Source of the DNA: the human T2T-CHM13v2.0 reference genome, Homo sapiens
Assembly (NCBI RefSeq): GCF_009914755.1
Contig: NC_060940.1
Length of the DNA stretch: 64,000 nt
Direction: 5' to 3' (one strand)
Positions 51,201 to 64,000 of this stretch are shown one piece after another. The notes beneath the pieces were generated by a model. It saw nothing but the letters and a program-made list of their open reading frames with translations. It made no database searches and was not told the DNA's origin. The translations under genes were made by a program, and so were the position numbers. Each line of letters opens with the position of its first letter. Position 1 is the first letter of the stretch.

Positions 51201-54200
51201 ACAAAATCATTCCCAGAATCTGCGTAGTGATGTGTGTGTTTAACTCACAGAGTTTAACCTTTCTTTTCATACAGCATTCTGGGAACACTCTGTTTGTAAA
51301 GTCTGCAAGTGGATATTTGGACCGCTTAGATGCCTTCGTTGGAAAAGGGATTTCTTCATATAATGCTAGAGGGAAGAAATCTCAGTAACTTCTTGTGTTG
51401 TGTGTATTCAACTGACAGAGTTGAACCTTCCTTTAGACAGAGCAGATTCGAAACACTCTTTTTCTGCAATTTGCAAGTGGAGACTTCAAGAGCCTTTGAG
51501 GCCAACGGCAGAAAAGGAAATATCTTCCTATAAAAACCAGACAGAATCATTCTCAGAAACTGCTCTGTGATGTGTGCGTTCAACTCACAGAGTTTAACTT
51601 TTCTTTTCATTCAGCAGTTTGTAAACACTCTGTGTGTAAAGTCTGCAAGTGCATATATTGACCTCTTTGAGTCCTTCATTGGATACGGGCTTTTTCCATG
51701 TAAGGCTAGACAGAAGAATTCCCAGTAACTTCTTTGTGTTGGGTGCATTCAACTCACAGAGTTGAACGTTCCTTTAGACAGAGCAGATTTGAAACACTCT
51801 TTTTGTGCAATTTGCAAGTGGAGATTTCAAGAGCTTTAAGGTCAATGGCAGAAAAGGAAATATCTTCGTTTCAAAACTAGACAGAATCATTCACACAAAC
51901 TGCGTTGTGATGTGTGCGTTCAACTGACAGAGTTTAACCTTTCTTTTCATAGAGCCGTCTGTAAGCGCTCTGTTTGTCAAGTCTGCAAGTGGATATTCTG
52001 ACCTCTTTGTGGACTTCGTTGGAAACGGGATTTCTTTCTATAATACTAGACAGAAGAATTCTCAGTAACTTCCGTGTGTTGTGTGTATTCAACTCACAGA
52101 GTTGAACGATCCTTTACACAGAGCAGATTTGAGACACTCTTTTTGTGGAATTTGTAAGTGGAGATTTCAGTCGCTTTGAGCTCAATGGTAGAAAAGGAAA
52201 TATCTTCGTATAAAAACTACCCAAAATGATTCTCAGAAACTGCTTTGTGATGTGCCCGTCCAACTCACAGAGTTTAACCTTTCTTTTCATAGAGCAGTTA
52301 AGAAACCCTCTGTTTGTAAAGTCTGCAAGTGGATATTCAGACCTCTTTGAGGCCTTTGTTCGAAACGGGATTTCTTCAATTTATGCTAGACAGAAGAATT
52401 CTTAGTAACTTCCTTGTGTTGTGTGTATTGAACTCACAGAGTAGAACCATCCTTTACACAGAGCAGATCTGAAACACTCTTTTTGTGGAATTTGCAAGTG
52501 GAGATTTCAGCCACCTTGAGGTCAATGGTAGAAAAGGAAATATCTTCGTATAAAAACTAGACGGAATGATTCTCAGAAACTGTTTTGTGATGTGTGCGTT
52601 CAACTCACAGAGTTTAACCTTTCTTTTCATAGAGCAGTTAGGAAACACTCTGTTTGTGAAGCCTGCCAGTGGATATTCGGACCTCTTTGAGGCCTTCGTT
52701 GGAAACGGGATTTCTTCATATTATGCTAGACAGAAGATTTCTCAGTTACTTCTTTGTGTTGTGTGTATGCAACTCACAGAGTTCAACCTTCCTTTAGACA
52801 GAGCAGATTTGAAACACTCTTTTTGTGGAATTTGCAAGTGGAGATTTCAAGCGCTTCGATGCCATTAGTAGAAAAGGAAATAGCTTCGTACAAAAACAAG
52901 ACAAACTCGTTCCCAGACACTGCGTAGTGATGTGTGTGTTTAACTCACAGAGTTTAACCTTTCTTTTCATACAGCATTCTGGAAACCCTCTGTTTGTAAA
53001 GTCTGCAAGTGGATATTTGGACCTCTTAGATGCCTTCGTTGGAAACGGCATTTCTTCATATAATGCTAGAGGGAAGAATTCTTAGTAACTTCTTTGTGTT
53101 GTGTGTATTCAACTGACAGAGTTGAACTTCCTTTAGACAGAGCAGATTTGAAAGTCTCTTTTTGTGGAATTTGCAAGTGGAGATTTCAAGCGCTTTGAGG
53201 CCAAAAGCAGAAAAGGAAATATTTTCCTATAAAAATTAGACAGAATCATTCTCAGAAACTGCTCTGTGAAGTGTGCGTTTAACTCACAGAGTTTAACTTT
53301 TCTTTTCATTCAGCAGTTTGGAAACACTCTGTTTGTAAAGTCTGCACGTGGATATTTTGACCTCTTTGAGGCCTTCATTGGAAATGGGTTTTTTTCCTGT
53401 AAGGCTAGACAGAAGAAATCTCAGTAACTTCCTTGTGTTGTGTGTATTCAACTGACAGAGTTAAACATTCCTTTAGACAGAGAAGATTCGAAACACTCTT
53501 TTTCTGCAATTTGCAAGTGGAGACTTCAAGAGCATTTGAGGCCAAAGGCAGAAAAGGAAATATCTTCGTATAAAAACCAGACAGAATCATTCTCAGAAAC
53601 TCCTCTGTGATGTGTGCGTTCAACTCACAGAGTTTAACTTTTCTATTCATTCAGCAGTTTGGAAACACTCTGTTTGTGAAGTCTGCAAGTGGATATATTG
53701 GCTTCTTTGAGGCCTTCGTTGGAAACGAGTTTTTTTCATGTAAGGCTAGACAGAGGAATTCCCAGTAACTTCCTTGTGTTGTGTGCATTCAACTCACAGA
53801 TTTGAATGATTCTTTCCACAGAGCAGATTTGAGACACTCTTTTGTTAGAATTTGTAAGTGGAGAAATCAGCAGCTTTGAGGTCAATGGTAGAAAAGGAAA
53901 TATCTTCGTATAAAAACTAGACAGAATGATTCTCAGAAACTCCTTTGTGATGTGTGCGTCCAACTCGCAGAGTTTAACCTTTCTTTTCATAGAGCAGTTA
54001 GGAAACACTCTGTTTGTGAAGTCTGCCAGTGGATATTCGCACCTATTTAAAGCCTTCGTTGGAAACGGGATTTCTTCATCTTATGCTAGACAGAAGATTT
54101 CTCAGTAACTACTTTGTGTTGTGTGTATGCAACTCACAGACTTCAACCTTATTTTAGACAGAGCAGATTTGAAACACTCTTTTTGTGCAATTTGCAAGTG

Positions 54201-57200
54201 GAGATTTCAAGCGCTTTGATGCCAATGGTAGAAAAGGAAATATCTTCGTATAAAAACTAGACAGAATGATTCTCAGAAACTCCTTTGTGATGTGTGCGTT
54301 CAACTCACTGAGTTCAACCATTCTTTTCATACAGCATTCTGGAAACACTCTGTTTGTAAAGTCTGCAAGTGGATATCTGGACCTCTTAGATGCCTTCGTT
54401 GGAAACGGGATTTCTCCATATAATGCTAGAGGGAAGAATTCTTAGTAACTTCTTTGTGTTGTGTGTATTCAACTGACAGAGTTGAACCTTCCTTTAGACA
54501 GAGCAGATTTGAAACACTCTTTTTGTGGAATTTGCAAGTGGAGATTTCAAGCGCTTTGAGGCCAAAGGCAGAAAAGGAAATATTTTCCTATAAAAACTAG
54601 ACAGAATCATTCTCAAAACTGCTCTGTGATGTGTGCGTTCAACTCACAGAGTTTAACTTTTCATTCAGCAGTTTGGAAACACTCTGTTTGTAAAGTCTCC
54701 AAGTGGATATTTTGACCTCTTTGAGGCCTTCGTTGGAAACGGGTTTTTTCCATGTAAGGCTAGACAGAAGAAATCTCAGTAACTTCCTTGTGTTGTGGGT
54801 ATTCAACTGACAGAGTTGAACCTTCCTTTAGACAGAGCAGATTCGAAACACTCTTTTTGTGCAATTTGCAAGTGGAGACATCAAGCGCCTTGAGGTCAAA
54901 GGCAGAAAAGGAAATATCTTCGTATAAAAACCAGACAGAATCATTCTCAGAAACTGCTCTGTGATGTGTGCGTTCAACTCACAGAGTTTAACTTTTCATT
55001 TCATTCAGCAGTTTGGAAACACCCTGTTTGTATGGTCTGCAAGTGGATATATTGCCCTCTTAGAGGACTTCGTTGGAAACGGGTTTTTTTTCATGTAAGG
55101 TTAGACAGAGGAATTCCCAGTAAATTCCTTGTGTTGTGTGCATTCAACTCACAGAGTTGAATGATTCTTTACACAGAGCAGATTTGAGACACTCTTTTCG
55201 TGGAATTTGTAAGTGGAGAATTCAGCTGCTTTGAAGTCAACAGTAGAAAAGGAAATATCTTCGTATAAAAACTAGACAGAATGATTCTCAGAAACTGTTT
55301 TGTGATGTGTGCTTTCAACTCACAGAGTTTAACCTTTCTTTTCATAGAGCAGTTACGAAACACTCTGTTTGTGAAATCTGCCAGTGGATATTCGGACCTC
55401 TTTGAGGCCTTCGTTGGAAACGGGATTTCTTCATATTATGCTAGACAGAAGATTTCTCAGTAACTTCTTTGTGTTGTGTGTATGAAACTCACAGAGTTCA
55501 ACCTTCCTTTAGACAGAGCAGATTTGAAACACTCTTTTTGTGGAATTTGCAAGTGGAGATTTCAAGCGCTTCGATGCCATTAGTAGAAAAGGAAATATCT
55601 TCGTATAAAAACAAGACAAACTCGTTCCCAGACACTGCGTAGTGATGTGTGTGTTTAACTCACAGACTTTAACCTTTCTTTTCACACAGCATTCTGGAAA
55701 CCCTCTGTTTGTAAAGTCTGCAAGTGGATATTTGGACCTCTTAGATGCCTTCGTTGGAAACGGGATTTTTTCATATAATGCTAGAGAGAAGAATTCTTAG
55801 TAACTTCTTTGTGTTGTGTGTATTCAACTGACAGATTTGAACTTCCTTTAGACAGAGCAGATTTGAAACTCTCTTTTTGTGGAATTTGCAAGTGGAGAAT
55901 TCAAGCGCTTTGAGGCCAAAAGCAGAAAAGGAAATATTTTCCTATAAAAACTAGACAGAATCATTCTCAGAAACTGCTCTGTGAAGTGTGCGTTTATCTC
56001 ACAGAGTTTAACTTTTCTTTTCATTCAGCAGTTTCGAAACACTCTGTTTGTAAAGTCTGCACGTGGATATTCTGACCTCTTTGAGGCCTTCATTGGAAAT
56101 GGGTTTTTTTCATGTAAGGCTAGACAGAAGAAATCTCAGTAACTTCCTTGTGTTGTGTGTATTCAACTGCCAGGGTTGAACCTTCCTTTAGACAGAGCAG
56201 ATTCGAAACACTCTTTTTCTGCAATTTGCAAGTGGAGACTTCAAGAGCCTTTGAGGCCAAAGGCAGAAAAGGAAATATCTTCGTATAAAATCCAGACAGA
56301 ATCATTCTCAGAAACTGCTCTGTGATGTGTGCGTTCAACTCACAGAGTTTAACTTTTCTTTTCATTCAGCAGTTTGGAAACACTCTGCTTGTAAAGTCTG
56401 CAAGTGGATATATTGACCTCTTTGAGTCCTTCATTGGATACGGGCTTTTTCCATGTAAGGCTAGACAGAAGAATTCCCAGTAACTTCTTTGTGTTGTGTG
56501 CATTCAACTCACAGAGTTGAACGTTCCTTTAGAAAGAGCAGATTTGAAACACTCTTTTTGTGCAATTTGCAAGTGGAGATTTCAAGCGCTTTAGGGTCAA
56601 TGGCAGAAAAGGAAATATCTTCGTTTCAAAACTAGACAGAATCATTCACACAAACTGCGTTGTGATGTGTGCGTTAAACTCACAGAGTTTAACCTTTCTT
56701 TTCATAGAGCCGTCTGTAAGCGCTCTGTTTGTCAAGTCTGCAAGTGGATATTCTGACCTTTTTGTGGACTTCGTTGGAAACGGGATTTCTTCCTATAATA
56801 CTAGACAGAAGAATTCTCAGTAACTTCCTTGTGTTGTGTGTATTCAACTCACAGAGTTGAACGATCATTTACACAGAGCAGATTTGAGACACTCATTTTG
56901 TGGAATTTGTAAGTGGAGATTTCAGTCGCTTTGAGCTCAATGGTAGAAAAGGAAATATCTTCGTATAAAAACTACCCAAAGTGGTTCTCAGAAACTGCTT
57001 TGTGATGTGCCCGTTCAACTCACAGAGTTTAGCCTTTCTTTTCATAGAGCAGTTAAGAAACCCTCTGTTTGTAAAGTCTGCAAGTGGATATTCAGACCTC
57101 TTTGAGGCCTTTGTTGGAAACGGGATTTCTTCAATTTATGCTAGACAGAAGAATTCTCAGTAACTTCCTTGTGTTGTGTGTATTCAACTCATAGAGTAGA

Positions 57201-60200
57201 ACCATCCTTTACACAGAGCAGATCTGAAACACTCTTTTTGTGGAATTTGCAAATGGAGATTTCAGCCAACTTGAGGTCAATGGTAGAAAAGGAAATATCT
57301 TCGTATAAAAACTAGACGGAATGATTATCAGAAACTGTTTTGTGATGTGTGCGTTCAACTCACAGAGTTTAACCTTTCTTTTCATAGAGCAGTTACGAAA
57401 CACTCTGTTTGTGAAGCCTGCCAGTGGATATTCGGACCTCTTTGAGACCTTCGTTGGAAACGGTATTTCTTCATATTATGCTAGACAGAAGATTTCTCAG
57501 TAACTTCTTTGTGTTGTGTGTATGCAACTCACAGAGTTCAACCTTCCTTTAGAGAGAGCAGATTTGAAACACTCTTTTTGTGGAATTTGCAAGTGGAGAT
57601 TTCAAGCGCTTCGATGCCAATGGTAGAAAAGGAAATATCTTCGTATAAAAACAAGACAAACTCGTTCCCAGACACTGCGTAGTGATGTGTGTGTTTAACT
57701 CACAGAGTTTAACCTTTCTTTTCATACAGCATTCTGGAAACCCTCTGTTTGTAAAGTCTGCAAGTGGATATTTGGACCTCTTAGATGCCTTCGTTGGAAA
57801 CGGGATTTCTTCATATAATGCTAGAGGGAAGAATTCTTAGTAACTTCTTTGTGTTGTGTGTTTTCAACTGACGGAGTTGAAACTTCCTTTAGAAAGAGTA
57901 GATTTGAAACTCTCTTTTTGTGGAATTTGCAAGTGGAGATTTCAAGCGCTTTGAGGCCAAAAGCAGAAAAGGAAATATTTTCCTATAAAAACTAGACAGA
58001 ATCATTCTCAGAAACTGCTCTGTGATGTGTGCGTTCAATTCACAGAGTTTAACATTTCTTTTCATTCAGCAGTTTGGAAACACTCTGTTTGTAAAGTCTG
58101 TACGTGGATATTTTGACCTCTTAGAGGCCTTCGTAGGAAACGGGTTTTTTTCATGTATTGCTAGACAAAAGAAATCTCAGTAAATTCCTGGTCTTTTGTG
58201 TATTCAACTGACAGAGTTGAACCTTCATTTAGACAGAGCAGATTCGAAACACTCTTTTTCTGCAATTTGCAAGTGGAGACTTCAAGCGCTTTGAGGCCAA
58301 AGGCAGAAAAGGAAATATCTTCGTATAAAAACCAGACAGAATCATTCTCAGAAACTGCTCTGTGATGTGTGCGTTCAACTCACAGAGTTTAACTTTTCTT
58401 TTCATTCAGCAGTTTGGAAACACTCTGTTTGTAAAGTCTGCAAGTGGATATATTGGCCTCTTTGAGGCCTTCGTTGGAAACGGTTTTTTTCTCATGTAAG
58501 GTTAGACAGAGGAATTCCCAGTAACTTCTTTGTGTTGTGTGCATTCAACTCACAGAGTTGAATGATTCTTTACACAGAGCAGATTTGAGACACTCTTTTG
58601 GTGGAATTTGTAAGTGGAGAAATCAGCAGCTTTGACGTCAATGGTAGAAAAGGAAATATCTTCGTATAAAAACTAGACAGAATGATTCTCAGAAACTCCT
58701 TTGTGATGTGTGCGTTCAACTCACAGAGTTTAACCTTTCTTTTCATAGAGCAGTTAGGAAACACTCTGTTTGGGAACTCTGCCAGTGGATATTCGGACCT
58801 CTTTAAAGCCTTCGTTGGAAAAGGGATTTCTTCATATTATGCTAGACAGAAGATTTCTGAGTAACTACTTTTTGTCGTGTGTATGCAACTCACAGAGTTC
58901 AACCTTCCTTTAGACAGAGCAGATTTGAAACAGTCTTTTTGTGGAATTTGCTTGTGGAGATTTAAGGCCCTTCGATGCCAATGGTAGAAAAGGATATATC
59001 TTCGTATAAAAACAAGACAAAATCATTCCCAGAATCTGCGTAGTGATGTGTGTGTTTAACTCACAGAGTTTAACCTTTCTTTTCATACAGCATTCTGGGA
59101 ACACTCTGTTTGTAAAGTCTGCAAGTGGATATTTGGACCGCTTAGATGCCTTCGTTGGAAAAGGGATTTCTTCATATAATGCTAGAGGGAAGAAATCTCA
59201 GTAACTTCTTGTGTTGTGTGTATTCAACTGACAGAGTTGAACCTTCCTTTAGACAGAGCAGATTCGAAACACTCTTTTTCTGCAATTTGCAAGTGGAGAC
59301 TTCAAGAGCCTTTGAGGCCAACGGCAGAAAAGGAAATATCTTCCTATAAAAACCAGACAGAATCATTCTCAGAAACTGCTCTGTGATGTGTGCGTTCAAC
59401 TCACAGAGTTTAACTTTTCTTTTCATTCAGCAGTTTGTAAACACTCTGTGTGTAAAGTCTGCAAGTGCATATATTGACCTCTTTGAGTCCTTCATTGGAT
59501 ACGGGCTTTTTCCATGTAAGGCTAGACAGAAGAATTCCCAGTAACTTCTTTGTGTTGGGTGCATTCAACTCACAGAGTTGAACGTTCCTTTAGACAGAGC
59601 AGATTTGAAACACTCTTTTTGTGCAATTTGCAAGTGGAGATTTCAAGAGCTTTAAGGTCAATGGCAGAAAAGGAAATATCTTCGTTTCAAAACTAGACAG
59701 AATCATTCACACAAACTGCGTTGTGATGTGTGCGTTCAACTGACAGAGTTTAACCTTTCTTTTCATAGAGCCGTCTGTAAGCGCTCTGTTTGTCAAGTCT
59801 GCAAGTGGATATTCTGACCTCTTTGTGGACTTCGTTGGAAACGGGATTTCTTTCTATAATACTAGACAGAAGAATTCTCAGTAACTTCCGTGTGTTGTGT
59901 GTATTCAACTCACAGAGTTGAACGATCCTTTACACAGAGCAGATTTGAGACACTCTTTTTGTGGAATTTGTAAGTGGAGATTTCAGTCGCTTTGAGCTCA
60001 ATGGTAGAAAAGGAAATATCTTCGTATAAAAACTACCCAAAATGATTCTCAGAAACTGCTTTGTGATGTGCCCGTCCAACTCACAGAGTTTAACCTTTCT
60101 TTTCATAGAGCAGTTAAGAAACCCTCTGTTTGTAAAGTCTGCAAGTGGATATTCAGACCTCTTTGAGGCCTTTGTTCGAAACGGGATTTCTTCAATTTAT

Positions 60201-62046
60201 GCTAGACAGAAGAATTCTTAGTAACTTCCTTGTGTTGTGTGTATTGAACTCACAGAGTAGAACCATCCTTTACACAGAGCAGATCTGAAACACTCTTTTT
60301 GTGGAATTTGCAAGTGGAGATTTCAGCCACCTTGAGGTCAATGGTAGAAAAGGAAATATCTTCGTATAAAAACTAGACGGAATGATTCTCAGAAACTGTT
60401 TTGTGATGTGTGCGTTCAACTCACAGAGTTTAACCTTTCTTTTCATAGAGCAGTTAGGAAACACTCTGTTTGTGAAGCCTGCCAGTGGATATTCGGACCT
60501 CTTTGAGGCCTTCGTTGGAAACGGGATTTCTTCATATTATGCTAGACAGAAGATTTCTCAGTTACTTCTTTGTGTTGTGTGTATGCAACTCACAGAGTTC
60601 AACCTTCCTTTAGACAGAGCAGATTTGAAACACTCTTTTTGTGGAATTTGCAAGTGGAGATTTCAAGCGCTTCGATGCCATTAGTAGAAAAGGAAATAGC
60701 TTCGTACAAAAACAAGACAAACTCGTTCCCAGACACTGCGTAGTGATGTGTGTGTTTAACTCACAGAGTTTAACCTTTCTTTTCATACAGCATTCTGGAA
60801 ACCCTCTGTTTGTAAAGTCTGCAAGTGGATATTTGGACCTCTTAGATGCCTTCGTTGGAAACGGCATTTCTTCATATAATGCTAGAGGGAAGAATTCTTA
60901 GTAACTTCTTTGTGTTGTGTGTATTCAACTGACAGAGTTGAACTTCCTTTAGACAGAGCAGATTTGAAAGTCTCTTTTTGTGGAATTTGCAAGTGGAGAT
61001 TTCAAGCGCTTTGAGGCCAAAAGCAGAAAAGGAAATATTTTCCTATAAAAATTAGACAGAATCATTCTCAGAAACTGCTCTGTGAAGTGTGCGTTTAACT
61101 CACAGAGTTTAACTTTTCTTTTCATTCAGCAGTTTGGAAACACTCTGTTTGTAAAGTCTGCACGTGGATATTTTGACCTCTTTGAGGCCTTCATTGGAAA
61201 TGGGTTTTTTTCCTGTAAGGCTAGACAGAAGAAATCTCAGTAACTTCCTTGTGTTGTGTGTATTCAACTGACAGAGTTAAACATTCCTTTAGACAGAGAA
61301 GATTCGAAACACTCTTTTTCTGCAATTTGCAAGTGGAGACTTCAAGAGCATTTGAGGCCAAAGGCAGAAAAGGAAATATCTTCGTATAAAAACCAGACAG
61401 AATCATTCTCAGAAACTCCTCTGTGATGTGTGCGTTCAACTCACAGAGTTTAACTTTTCTATTCATTCAGCAGTTTGGAAACACTCTGTTTGTGAAGTCT
61501 GCAAGTGGATATATTGGCTTCTTTGAGGCCTTCGTTGGAAACGAGTTTTTTTCATGTAAGGCTAGACAGAGGAATTCCCAGTAACTTCCTTGTGTTGTGT
61601 GCATTCAACTCACAGATTTGAATGATTCTTTCCACAGAGCAGATTTGAGACACTCTTTTGTTAGAATTTGTAAGTGGAGAAATCAGCAGCTTTGAGGTCA
61701 ATGGTAGAAAAGGAAATATCTTCGTATAAAAACTAGACAGAATGATTCTCAGAAACTCCTTTGTGATGTGTGCGTCCAACTCGCAGAGTTTAACCTTTCT
61801 TTTCATAGAGCAGTTAGGAAACACTCTGTTTGTGAAGTCTGCCAGTGGATATTCGCACCTATTTAAAGCCTTCGTTGGAAACGGGATTTCTTCATCTTAT
61901 GCTAGACAGAAGATTTCTCAGTAACTACTTTGTGTTGTGTGTATGCAACTCACAGACTTCAACCTTATTTTAGACAGAGCAGATTTGAAACACTCTTTTT
62001 GTGCAATTTGCAAGTGGAGATTTCAAGCGCTTTGATGCCAATGGTA
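41314..62046 (+). repeat. Tandem duplication of a 7816-bp 46-mer block; first copy expanded to 12917 bp by an internal 30-mer duplication
   Basis: ORF offsets of 12917 (42049/54966, 43643/56560, 47724/60641) and 7816 (53405/61221, 53926/61742). The junction lies inside CAATGGTAGAAAAGGA at 54223-54238. Confidence 0.93.
43274..53475 (+). repeat. Tandem pair of 5101-bp 30-mer blocks (third copy at ~56191-61291)
   Basis: Constant offset of 5101 for ORFs 43643/48744 through 47724/52825. Junction at 48367-48381. Confidence 0.94.
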
Positions 62047-62054
62047 GAAAAGGA

Positions 62055-64000
62055 TATATCTTCGTATAAAAACAAGACAAAATCTTTCCCAGAATCTGTG
62101 TAGTGATCTGTTTGTTTAACTCACAGAGTTTAACCTTTCTTATCATACAGCATTCTGGAAACCCTCAGTTTGTAAAGTCTGCAAGTGGATATTTGGACCT
62201 CTTAGATGCCTTCGTTGGAAACGGGATTTCTTCATATAATGCTAGAGGGAAGAATTCTTAGTAACTTCTTTGTGTTGTGTGTATTCAACTGACAGAGTTG
62301 AACCTTCCTTTAGACAGAGCAGATTTGAAACACTCTTTTTGTGGAATTTCCAAGTGGAGACTTCAAGCGCTTTGAGGTCAAAGGCAGAAAAGTTATTATC
62401 TTTGTATAAAAACCAGACAGAATCATTCTCAGAAACTGCTCTGTGATGTGTGCGTTCAACTCACAGAGTTTAACTTTTCTTTTCATTCAGCAGTTTGGAA
62501 ACACTCTGTTTGTAAAGTCTGCACGTGGATATTTTGACCTCTTTGAGGCCTTCGTTGGAAACGGGTTTTTTTCATGTAATTCTAGACAGAAGAAATCTCA
62601 GTAACTTCCTTGTGTTGTGTGTATTCAACTGCCAGAGTTGAACCTTCCTTTAGACAGAGCACATTCGAAACACTCTTTTTGTGCAATTTGCAAGTGGAGA
62701 CTTCAAGCGCTTTGAGGCCAAAGGCAGAAGAGGAAATATCTTCGTATAAAAACCAGACAGAATAATTCTCAGAAACTGCTCTGTGATGTGTGCGTTCAAC
62801 TCACAGAGTTTAACTTTTCTTTTCATTCAGCAGTTTGGAAATGCTCTGTTTGTAAAGTCTGCAAGTGGATATATTGGCCTCTTTGAGGCCTTCGTTGGAA
62901 ACGGGTTTTTTTCATGTAAGGCTAGACAGAGGAATTCCCAGTAACTTCCTTGTGTTGTGTGCATTCAACTCACAGAGTTGAATGATTCTTTACACAGAGC
63001 AGATTTGGACACTCTTTTGGTGGAATTTGTAACTGGAGAAATCAGCAGCTTTGAGGTCAATGTTAGAAAAGGAAATATCTTCGTATAAAAACTAGACAGA
63101 ATGATTCTCAGAAACTGTTTTGTGATGTGTGGGTTCAACTCACAGATTTTAACCTTTCTTTTCACAGAGCAGTTAGGAAACACTCTGTTTGTAAAGTCTG
63201 CAAGTGGATATTCAGTCCTCTTTGAGGCCTTCGTTGGAAACGGGATTTCTTCACATTATGCTAGACAGAAGAAATCTCAGTAACTTCCTTGTGGTGTGTG
63301 TATTCAACTCACAGAGTTGAACAATCCTTTACACAGAGCAGATTTGAAACACTCTTTTTCTGGAATTTGCAAGTGGAGATTTCAGCCGCTTTGAGGTCAA
63401 TGTTAGAAAAGGAAATATCTTCGTATAAAAACTAGACAGAATGATTCTCAGAAAATGTTTTGTGATGTGTGCGTTCAACTCACAGAGTTTAACCTTTCTT
63501 TTCATAGAGCAGTTAGGAAACACTCTGTTTGGGAACTCTGCCAGTGGATATTCGGACCTCTTTGAGGCCTTCGTTGGAAACGGGATTTCTTCATATTATG
63601 CTTGACAGAAGATTTCTCAGTAACTACTTTGTGTTGTGTGTATGCAACTCACAGAGTTCAACCTTCCTTTAGACAGAGCAGATTTGAAACACTCTTTTTT
63701 TGGAATTTGCTAGTGGAGATTTCAAGCGCTTCGATGCCAATGGTAGAAAAGGATACTTCTTCGTATAAAAACAAGACAAAATCATTCCCAGAATCTGCGT
63801 AGTGATGTGTGTGTTTAACTCAAAGAGTTTAACCTTTCTTTTCATACAGCATTCTGGGAACACTCTGTTTGTAAAGTCTGCAAGTGGATATTTGGACCGC
63901 TTAGATGTCTTCATTGGAAACGGGATTTCTTCATATAATGTTAGAGGGAAGAATTCTTAGTAACTTCTTTGTGGTGTGTGTATTCAACTCACAGAGTTGA
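62055..64000 (+). repeat. Diverged 10-mer-register monomers (D-E-A-B-C-D), not duplicated within the window
   Basis: Dimer signatures follow the canonical order but carry many private SNVs (GTGATCTGTTTG, AGTTATTATC, AATGTTAG). Confidence 0.8.

Larger units (their letters stand above)
1..64000 (+). repeat. Alpha-satellite (alphoid) centromeric tandem array, dimeric SF1-type organisation
   Basis: Continuous ~170-bp monomers with hallmark motifs (CATTCTCAGAAACT, TCAACTCACAGAGTT, GAAACACTCT, GCAAGTGGA). A CENP-B-box monomer alternates with an A-type monomer (..GGTAGAAAAGGAAATATC..) at a 339-341 bp period. Same orientation throughout. Confidence 0.99.
35411..64000 (+). repeat. Divergent alpha-satellite HOR layer flanking the homogeneous array
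   Basis: Many more substitutions and small indels, irregular dimer order, extra monomer types (CACAAACTGCGTTGTG...GCCGTCTGTAAGCGCTC; CTACCCAAA) and frequently broken CENP-B boxes. Confidence 0.93.

Noticed and set aside
635-63914. About 190 short ORFs (60-102 aa) on both strands
   Set aside because: They recur with the satellite period, overlap on opposite strands, often start at GTG/TTG, open and close with random indels, and resemble no protein family I recognise. They are chance open frames in alpha satellite.
1-64000. CRISPR-like or other prokaryotic repeat-spacer system
   Set aside because: There are no unique spacers, since the intervening sequence is itself repeated monomer. No cas-like or other genes are present.
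1-64000. Alu/L1 insertion, inversion or non-satellite island
   Set aside because: I saw no poly-A tail, target-site duplication, GC-rich block or strand switch. Monomer phase is continuous, as read by eye.

Overview
The whole 64-kb window is primate (almost certainly human) centromeric alpha-satellite: about 376 head-to-tail ~170-bp monomers in one orientation, arranged as ~340-bp dimers with a CENP-B box in every second monomer. I found no genes, RNA genes, transposon insertions or inversions, and all listed ORFs are repeat artefacts, useful only as a ruler for repeat periods. Positions 1 to ~35.4 kb are a very homogeneous higher-order-repeat (HOR) array built on a 1699-bp 10-mer, interleaved with 1019-bp 6-mer and 1358/1359-bp 8-mer deletion variants. 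A dimeric (SF1-type) 1.7-kb 10-mer best fits the chromosome 16 live array D16Z2; this is recalled knowledge, not a database hit. At ~35.4 kb the array switches abruptly to a divergent, CENP-B-box-eroded layer that contains extra monomer types and nested recent macro-duplications of ~4.4 kb, 7816 bp (46-mer) and 5101 bp (30-mer). I see no new protein- or RNA-coding system. The interest lies in the readable evolutionary record: an apparent ancestral 12-mer from which the 10-mer arose, a 6-mer made by two deletions, independent 8-mers, a possible patchy-repair footprint and orderable nested duplications. Dimer labels A-E (10-mer) and A', F, G are my own. All comparisons were made by eye.
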